The notes below the pieces were generated by a model. It was given only the letters and a program-made list of their open reading frames with translations, ran no database searches and was not told where the DNA came from. This document shows positions 55,869 to 64,000 of a DNA stretch of 64,000 bases, one piece after another. Each line of letters opens with the position of its first letter. Positions within the stretch are counted from its first letter, which is position 1. Made by a program: the position numbers and the translations under genes. This stretch comes from Phoronis australis (taxonomy: Eukaryota; Animalia; Phoronida): the NCBI GenBank assembly GCA_002633005.1, contig NMRA01000017.1:1090737-1154736 (forward strand), written 5' to 3'.

Positions 55869-57377
55869 TTCTTATTTGTCACTTTTTTACCCATAACGAG
55901 TCCGTATTACTCATGACGATATCAACTGAACGCTTAGTGCAGGTTAACCTTGGTACAAAGCTGTATACTAAATATACTATAGTCTTCATACAGCTATCTG
56001 GCTGGCTACGTGCAGGTCTTCACACCGTGAGGTTTGTTTTTTTTTTTTAGGTCAAAAGGGGCTGTTAATTAATTTTTTATGTAGTAAATGAACCTTTCTT
56101 TGGATTAAAGCACATATAAAAGCCCGGTTAAATTCCAGGTCGCAAATATAATTTTCTTTATGCAAGGGCGCTCAATGTTTTTTATTTGTAAATGCTGAGG
56201 TAATTACCGCCGCAAGCGAAACTCATTTGTTGTTTGATAAGCTCTAATTTCACTTACCACGTAATTCATCCAAGGACACACTTCGACTCTAGGCGAGGAA
56301 GCATCGCACAATTTTGCTTTCGACATCTTTGTGACAGGCGTTGTAACGCTTTCGTTTAGTCATATTACAATTCTACCTCACTTCCTGGGAATTCGAAAAC
56401 CCCACAGATAGGAAAGATAGTTGAGAAATTCCTTGGTACAGATCATTGTGTCATTTCCGAATTATTTAATATCTTTCTATTCATGTGACATCAAAGTGAA
56501 AGTAAAATTTTTGGTGTTACATTTAAAAACAATACAAAAACTGATTATCTTAGAACTTTGTGTCTTAAGGTAATTTTCAATGCTTTCCAGGCCGTCCTCA
56601 TGAAGCGGACTGTTAACTAGTGTGGAAACGAAAAACTTACTTCGCCGGATTTTAAGTTCTGAGTCCCACATAACCTCAAAATTTTGTCGATAACAAGGTT
56701 TCAAATAAATGTATTTCTATATCCCTAAATCTAACATTAAAACCACATGTCATTCTGTAGAAAACTAAAATACCAACTTAGTCACATGCATGTAACTTAC
56801 ATAAACGGTCTGAAACATTTCCTTATCACAATAGAGCTTTATTACGGTGGCTACAAACATTTGCAAGTACGGATAATTCATGGCTCTGTCAAGATTTGAC
56901 CTCTTGGATATCTGGTGATATCAGGGGAAGCAATTTTTAAGTCCATACTGATAGGCTTGACCAGCGTGTTTTTTATGTTTTAGGAAATGGTCTTGTTGTT
57001 CACATCGGGTGTGCAGCTTAGACGAGTTTTAGTTGGATTTATGTTTACAATTCCTAATATATTTCTGTGATTTTTCACAATCTTAAAGTAAAAAGATAGC
57101 TTACTGTGTCCCAACTGATACGGCTTTTTATAACTAATCCACGTCTAGATAGGTGATATCGAAAGTTATCTAGAGATTACTGGAGTAAACTCATTGGTGC
57201 GGGAAATCAGAATTCAGTTGTAAGATGCATTTTTGTCACTAATTATTTTGCCAAATGTGGCAACCTCACCCACAAAACTCTATATTTATGTTCTATTTAT
57301 TGTCACAGTGTGAACAGGCCTTTTTCGACAACACTAATACGTGTGGAAAGCTACCCGATTGCACATGGTGTGCGTTA

Positions 57378-57660
57378 TGCATTCACATAGGAATTCGTCG
57401 CAGACACTCGACCCAAGTCCTATTTATTATTGTAATGATTACCCGATTTATTCCAGTAATAATTCTTTAGCCAGTCAGAAGCCAGAAATAATATTTATTC
57501 CTGGCATCCGGTTGGTTAATTTATTCCTCTAATAAATATTTATTACGGTAATTATTCTTGGCTTCTGTTGGCTAAAGAATTAGTACTGGAATAGCGAATT
57601 CACGGTTACAGTAATAAATCGGACTTATGTCGCACTTGGCCTACGAAAGCCGTATTGGCA
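57378..57660. repeat. Palindromic MITE-like element
   Basis: aagtcctatttattattgtaa...tattccagtaataattctttagcca..cagaagcca mirrors tggcttctg.tggctaaagaattagtactggaata...ttacagtaataaatcggactt. Confidence 0.7.
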
Positions 57661-58631
57661 TTTGGTTCACGCACGCACCAGCCTAAGATGGGGCTCGAAT
57701 TTGTGACACGAGCTACGAATTATGTATTCGCCGAATTTTGGTTGTTCCTGCCTTTTTAGTGGACTTTTGGGTCGTTTATTTTTTCGGTGTTTTTGTGCCA
57801 ACTGAAGACAGACCTTTTTGCTCAGATCGCCAAACGGGGGGAGGGCTCTTTGGAGCCACTTCGAGCCCCCCCCCCGGCCCCCTGAGGTTCCATGGTCACA
57901 CACAGAGCAGCGGCGACAACTTCTGGCTTACCCTAGTTCAGTATCGGACGGATACTGTGTGCGGACGCTCCCGGCCACTGATTCAAAAGTGGCCAGGCTG
58001 TGTGTGGACACTGAGTTACAGACCCGATTTGCGATTAGTGGTCTAAATCAAAAGTAGTGTATTGGACCGCGCAAGGCATTAGGCAAATCTTACGTTAACA
58101 AGGTTTGCACGCAAGTGCATGGACGTGAAAGGGGGCACTGTTGGCGAGCGAATTTCCTATCCGGCACAAGAGTCACTAAATCTGCCGCAGTCCGCCGGAT
58201 TGAAGGGAGTTACTTGCTATTCATGGGCTTGGCTGAACGTGCTGGACTATACTAATTGCGGTCGTAAACCAACTCTGACTCCTGTTTAGCATACGAGTTT
58301 CAAAGTCTAAAAATAAATCTTCGGATGGCTGGCAGTATACATAGGCCTTACGTGCCTACTCACGGAAGCGCCTAAGCCCGAAAGACATAAAAATACACTT
58401 TTTGACTATAGACTTTTCGGGAAATATGCCCCTGGAATCAATTTTCGATTTTTAAATTTTATCAGCATCACTAGGGTCGTTCACTCAGGGCAACATGTTC
58501 CAATCCCAACGCATGGTACGCGGTACCCGCGGTACTCTGAAATGACTTATCCATTCCGGTGATGAACACGGATGTAATGCCGTTCAAAAGGTGGCGCTAT
58601 ATAATTTCCTTATTTTTACTTCCTCGTTAAA

Positions 58632-58710
58632 ATGTCGGCGGCAGAACTTGCACAGAAGTTGGAAACGACTGAAAAAGAGTTGGAAAACTTAAGAAAACTT
58701 TCTTTAAAAG
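58632..58710 (+). CDS. Probable first coding exon of an unidentified gene
   Basis: CpG-rich promoter-like context, aaaATGtcggcggca start, MSAAELAQKLETTEKELENLRKLSLK (coiled-coil-like), AAAG|GTATTG phase-1 donor; no downstream exon identified in the window. Confidence 0.55.
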
Positions 58711-61700
58711 GTATTGTGTTACTTTAATGTTACTGGTTAATAGGGTATTTATGAATTACTGTCTGTCATAGATACTTCAGTTATTGTTTAGAACTTTCAA
58801 AACTTTGCTTTGCTTTTCTTGACCGGTAGCCTACGGCTACGGCTACGAGTTTCCGTGGTCATGGACGGGAGACTCATCTCATCAACGCTCATCATATACG
58901 TTTGAATTTATGTATTTATGTATGAGTAGGCAAAGCCTACGATTTAAAATAAACATTATTATTCTTATTATTATAAAATTCGTGCCTTTGACATTTATTT
59001 CCAGCGGAGATGGTTCTTGCTTCATATGCTAATCTCAACTTCCAGACAGTCAGAAAAATACGCCAGAAGTGAAACTTGAACCAGCCCAGTTATACAGGTC
59101 TATAGTATAGCTAAGCGATTCTGGGTCGGATTTAAGTAACTTTAGTTTTAGGGCTAGGCACTGTAAAATCTCATCAGTTTAGGATACAATATGACAGGTG
59201 GAATTCTATTTCCTGATTTTTTCATAAGTACCATAATGATGCAATTAATTGCAATATATCACAGTCATTAGGCAAATCTTAACCCAAACAAGATTTGCAT
59301 ACAAGTGGACGAGAACGCCATGAGGGCGTTTTCCCGGTGATCCCAACTTGTTCGATTTTATAGCTCAACAACAAGTTGAGAAGATAACCCCTGCAGCCAA
59401 TATCTTACATGACTGATCAACTCCATTCTGGCATTTATGGTTGTAAGGCCAGCACTCTTTTGTTCGACAAGCGCTCTATGAGATCCTATCTAGCCTGACT
59501 AGGCTGTACTGTTAAAAATAAAAGTTAAGTTACAACATATTTGAACATAAACCAATAGCATTTCCGAATTCCTCGTCAATGAAATGCTGATCATGGTTTA
59601 GTTTTTGAATCACCAAAATCGCCCACCTACAACGGAAGTTACGACAATCTATTCTTTCCGAACATACCAATTCGCTCTGGTGGTCTGTAATATGCCTGGT
59701 AAATAATTGGCTTACCTGTTGTCATACTAGACAAAAGACTGTACTTGGCAGTTAAGAAAGGAGATAGATGTTATCACACGCTCACAACCCTCTACATCTG
59801 GTAAAGCCACTGAACGGGAGAGTGCCGTAATGGCGGCGTGCACCGTTTACCCCAGAGTATCCAGTGAAGTCCCCGGCACAATAGAATATACTTTAGACAA
59901 CAGATTCGCAACTCGACATTTTCTTGCGAAATATCCTAGAGGAGGCATCATCCTCTAAACATAGCAAACTCAGCTTCCGGTTTGACTGTATTTCCGGGAA
60001 ATTCTTGCATCTGTTTTACTGACCAATATAGCAGACGACGTATTTGCTGAAAGTAAAGCGTGCTGTGTCTGCCAGGTGTCGCTAGTGAATAGCAATGTCA
60101 TGGCTTATGTGTAAGATCACAGATTCTGTCCATTGAAAATAAACAGAGTTGGCGGTCCATGTACTATAGTCTATGCTGACACATCTCAAAGGTTTGATGG
60201 CACTGTCACGGATTGAAGGGAGGTATACTGGCTGAGCTTGGCTGAACTTGCTGGATGAGTTAATTGCATGCGGTTGTAAACCAGCACGCTTGTTTAGCGT
60301 ACGAGTTGCAAAGTAAAAAGACGAACAATAATTAAAATAAGGCAAAAAAAAACAAAATGGCTGATTTTAAAATTGAAAAGTAAATATTAGCCGTCTTTGA
60401 ATTTTTAAAATTGAGCCATTATATTTAGACATATTTTTAGCGAATAGATTTTCTTCAGCATCATGACTAAGCAATGAGCATTAATGTGTGAATCGATTGT
60501 GACAGGTTATAGTCACAGCTGGCTAATAGGCTCACTTAGGTGTTGGGTAACAAAACCCCAAATGCATTCACAACAACGTTAGAAGCCCGGCTTGAAAATT
60601 TGTTTTTGTCCCAAATTGGTGAGATTTTCCCGTAAAACCAAACTGATGATTGGCCAATAATTGGCCAATCATCAGGTTGGTTACCCAAAACTAGGTAACA
60701 TTACCAAGAAGTGCAGACCAGTTGTATGTTTAGGTCAGAGTCAGCTCGTACGTTTCAGATGTTTAAAAGTAGCTGACCTAAATGTTACATGTAAAATAAA
60801 ACTTGACTCAGATAAAGTTTACGTCTCTGTTAGGTTGATCAGCTTTATGTATAAAAATTGAATATTTAAATAACTCAACCAATAGTGAAATCCTGGGTAA
60901 CTATAGGCCAGTTACCTAAATGCGGGGCTGACATTAAGTAAAAATTTGTTTGGATATATTTCAAAGACTAAGATTTTTTTAGTAACATTTTACTTGTCAA
61001 AGAGTATCAGAGTAACAACTGACTTCAATGGCTGCAAATACATGGTTAACTGTAAACCTGTAAACTACACAATAGATACTTGAGAATCTAGTGTTTTAAT
61101 TGTTTCTTTGACTCTTACTTCGTCATTGGATTATGACGAACCGTTAGGATTTTTTTGCCTAAAACTGAAAACACAGTCTCTTAATTCCACGGGTAGCACT
61201 GACTGTAGTTTATAAAGCTTGTTCGGCATAACAAATTTATCTAAACTTAGCACTGTTGTGTCTTGTGTTTCAACCATTATCGCAGAAATTACTGTATACC
61301 ATGACTATGAACAGGAAACTATATGAACCTAATGTGATTTGACCTTGGTCTTCATGTGTTGCTTATACTAGTCTAATTGTCATCATATCACATAGGCTCA
61401 AGGGAGATGAACTGATATTCAAAGTAGAAATATGCATACATTATGGAATGCTTTGACAATGTTCCGTACTGAAATGTCTTCAATAATTCATTAAATATTT
61501 ATTGCATACCCAAAAACCTAATGTATATATATCGGAGATATATGGCTGCCACTGTAGAAAAATCCACAAGTACGAGACTTGAACTATGGCGTGAGTCGAG
61601 CATCCAAACCCCAATAGGGAATTACCCAATGGTGAGCAATTCAGATAGACTATTTCTGATTGTGCATCACACTTAATGTTTGTATTTTATGGAGCAGAGG

Positions 61701-62730
61701 GGTTCCGCTGTTGGGGGGTTCAGGGGAAAGATGCATCACCTTTCGCTGTTCGGAAGATTGTTTTACAGAAATATGTCATAATGTGAATTTATGATGATGT
61801 ATGTAGATATATTATGTGTTAAGGTGTGGATAAAATTAAGTCACCCGACCTTTCAATTGATTTCTATAAGAAGCTCAAATGTTTTGTAATTATTTAGGTT
61901 GTACTTTGATTTTTTAAATTTTGTTATTCATATCTTATTGTGATTATGGGTCAGAGGGCTATATTAGCTTATAGTTGCTTAGTTAATAATTTTGCTCATC
62001 GTTCAAGGACCCCGGTGTCTCCAGCAGCCCATTGCGTTTTTTGTTTTTCTAAGCCCAGCACTAGTTAGTGTACAAAATAGTAAGGCTGACCTGAATTCAC
62101 AGACTATACAGCACTCTCCTTTGTTGCCTATAGGTATATGAAAGTGCATTGTTTTCATTATCCTTGATTTGGAATGTCAGGCAGATTTTCATAGGTCATG
62201 CTTGAAACGCAGATATTTATTTGTCAAGTTGATCCAACTTTTTCCCTTGGACTTGCAGCTCACAGCACAGTAGTAATACTTTGTTGCCATTGAGAAAAAC
62301 TTGTAAAGAATACATTACAACTCCAATGGCGTGAAAACGAGGGTACAATTGTGCTTGACAGATAATAGGCATTGGGATTAAATACATTTAAATACAGTGA
62401 GAGTTGAGTCTCTGCTGTGTGATCTATTGGCCCTATTGCATATGGCTTTCCTTATCAAAATCAATTTAATTTAACAGCACAGCATGATATTGCCAATTGC
62501 AACCCAGTTCATCACTCTCAATTAACCCAGTGTATGCCTGTGGATGTTTATTCCTGAAAGCATTTTAGGTTTGAAGTTAATAAGGGTTACATGTACCTAC
62601 CTGGAAGTAAATTAATCTTTTGGGAATCAAGCATAAATGCGGTTAGTGTGTAATTTTGATTAAATAATGAATTGTTAGATAAAATGTGGTTGATTATCGT
62701 TGAGATACTTGACAAAAAATAATAACCAAA

Positions 62731-63035
62731 AAGATGACGATAAAGATGATGACGAAGATGACGAATATGACGACGATGGTGGCGAGGATGAACAAAAGAA
62801 GTAATAACAACATACACATGACGAACGTTGAAGTCCGAAATCATTAAGAAAAAGGCTACAGTCTTGAGTGACACTTGGCGAAATTAACAGAAAAGACAAC
62901 GACGGAGATGATGACGAAGATGATGACGATGATGAAAAATATGATGATGGTGGTGGCGATGATGAACAACATCACAACATTCGTATGACGAACTTAGATG
63001 TCATAAATCAATAAGAAATAGGGTACAGTCTAGTT
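62731..63035. repeat. ~160-180 bp duplicated unit containing (GAT/GAC)n
   Basis: agatgatgacgaagatga...ggtggcga.gatgaacaa...atgacgaac...aaatca.taagaaa...tacagtct x2. Confidence 0.6.
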
Positions 63036-63069
63036 CAATAGAAGATAAACCAACAAAGGAACAGCATTA

Positions 63070-63877
63070 TCAGAAAATCTCAAATAACTCGAAAAGTAGA
63101 CGTCCTAGCGAAAAATGGAAAACATCTTCTAAAAGCCCATTCAAAACTCTATCTAAACTGATGGTATCGCCTAATACCGTAAATTTTTCGAAAAAAATGA
63201 AATTTTGCGTTTTTTTAAAGAAATTCAAAGTCAAATAACTCGAAAACGGTAAGTCTGAGAAAAAAATTGTTACAGGCCATTTGACAGAATATACTTCAAA
63301 CAATCCACATGCAAAAAATCGCGTCTTTTTCTCTTCCCGTTTAAAATAGCACTCCAGCACGACTGAAAATGGATCAACATGCGCCAGATCCGCCATCTTG
63401 AAAGCAACTTCCGTTTTTTTGGCTCTGTATAATAGCATGTCATAAAAAACTAATACCTGTAAAAATTCGAAGGAATTGGTCTTATAATGCGCCCTCTACA
63501 GGAGAAAACGTTTTTAGGCCAAAATCGAGGTGCGCATGCGCGATCGCCGATATTTCCGCCATCTTTAACCGGAAGTAAACAATTTCCGGGATACTTGTAG
63601 CAAACTTCTGGTCCATTTACTGTGCCGATTTTTAGCCTTTTTCGTAAAAAATTGTAGCCTCCAGAAGCATTTGAACCTTTAAATGAAAACAAAATGGCCA
63701 CCACAGCCGCCATCTTGGATCCGATTTTGACGAAAAACAATAAGCTTCCAGTACTTTACGTGTTATGTGTAAATTTCGTGATTATCGGACGAAAATTGCG
63801 ACCTGTATCGTGCGAACAGACAAAAAAAACTTAGTTACAGAGCAACATACTTGGCGAAATTTATTTCGCCAAGTAAT
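63070..63877 (-). mobile_element. Probable Helentron-like non-autonomous element of a second family
   Basis: Terminal palindrome tacttggcgaaat-tt-atttcgccaagta at 63848-63875, repeated gccatctt/aaaatggcc motifs, matching acttggcgaaat at ~62873; left boundary uncertain. Confidence 0.45.
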
Positions 63878-64000
63878 GAACAAAAAACTAGATGTCGAAC
63901 CAATGCCTCTCAACCAGTTGGCCAAAGAGCAATTAATTGCTTAATAAGAATACTTTGTTTTGTCTATCAGAAGCCTGGCTATAGATTCTCTACTCAACAA

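Noticed and set aside
62587-62899. His/Arg-rich and Ser-rich ORFs
   Set aside because: Translations of a (GAT/GAC)n low-complexity duplicated repeat

Overview
AT-rich (roughly 35% GC by eye) eukaryotic genomic DNA from an invertebrate draft assembly with two N-gaps. The repeat families and TLR type suggest a marine lophotrochozoan, but this is inference. Most of the window is a complete 40-coding-exon RRP5/PDCD11 gene on the + strand (ATG 5998 to TGA 50680, 1794 aa by my manual GT-AG splicing, intron phases consistent throughout). Its ninth intron (16223-22210) contains an antisense Toll-like receptor with an uninterrupted CDS and a TLR3-type Ala in the TIR BB loop. The first coding exon of UVSSA lies head-to-head upstream on the - strand, and a probable first exon of an unidentified gene starts at 58632. 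Introns carry many non-autonomous elements: three Helentron/DINE-1-like elements with internal ~145-bp arrays of CTCF-like motifs, two tRNA-derived SINEs, several MITEs and palindromes, a 400-bp palindrome built from two back-to-back tRNA-like genes, and a 300-bp palindrome with paired hammerhead-like (Penelope-type) motifs and a 14-bp target-site duplication. A copy of RRP5 exon 2 sits between transposon-end fragments in intron 17 and forms a potential in-frame cassette exon.
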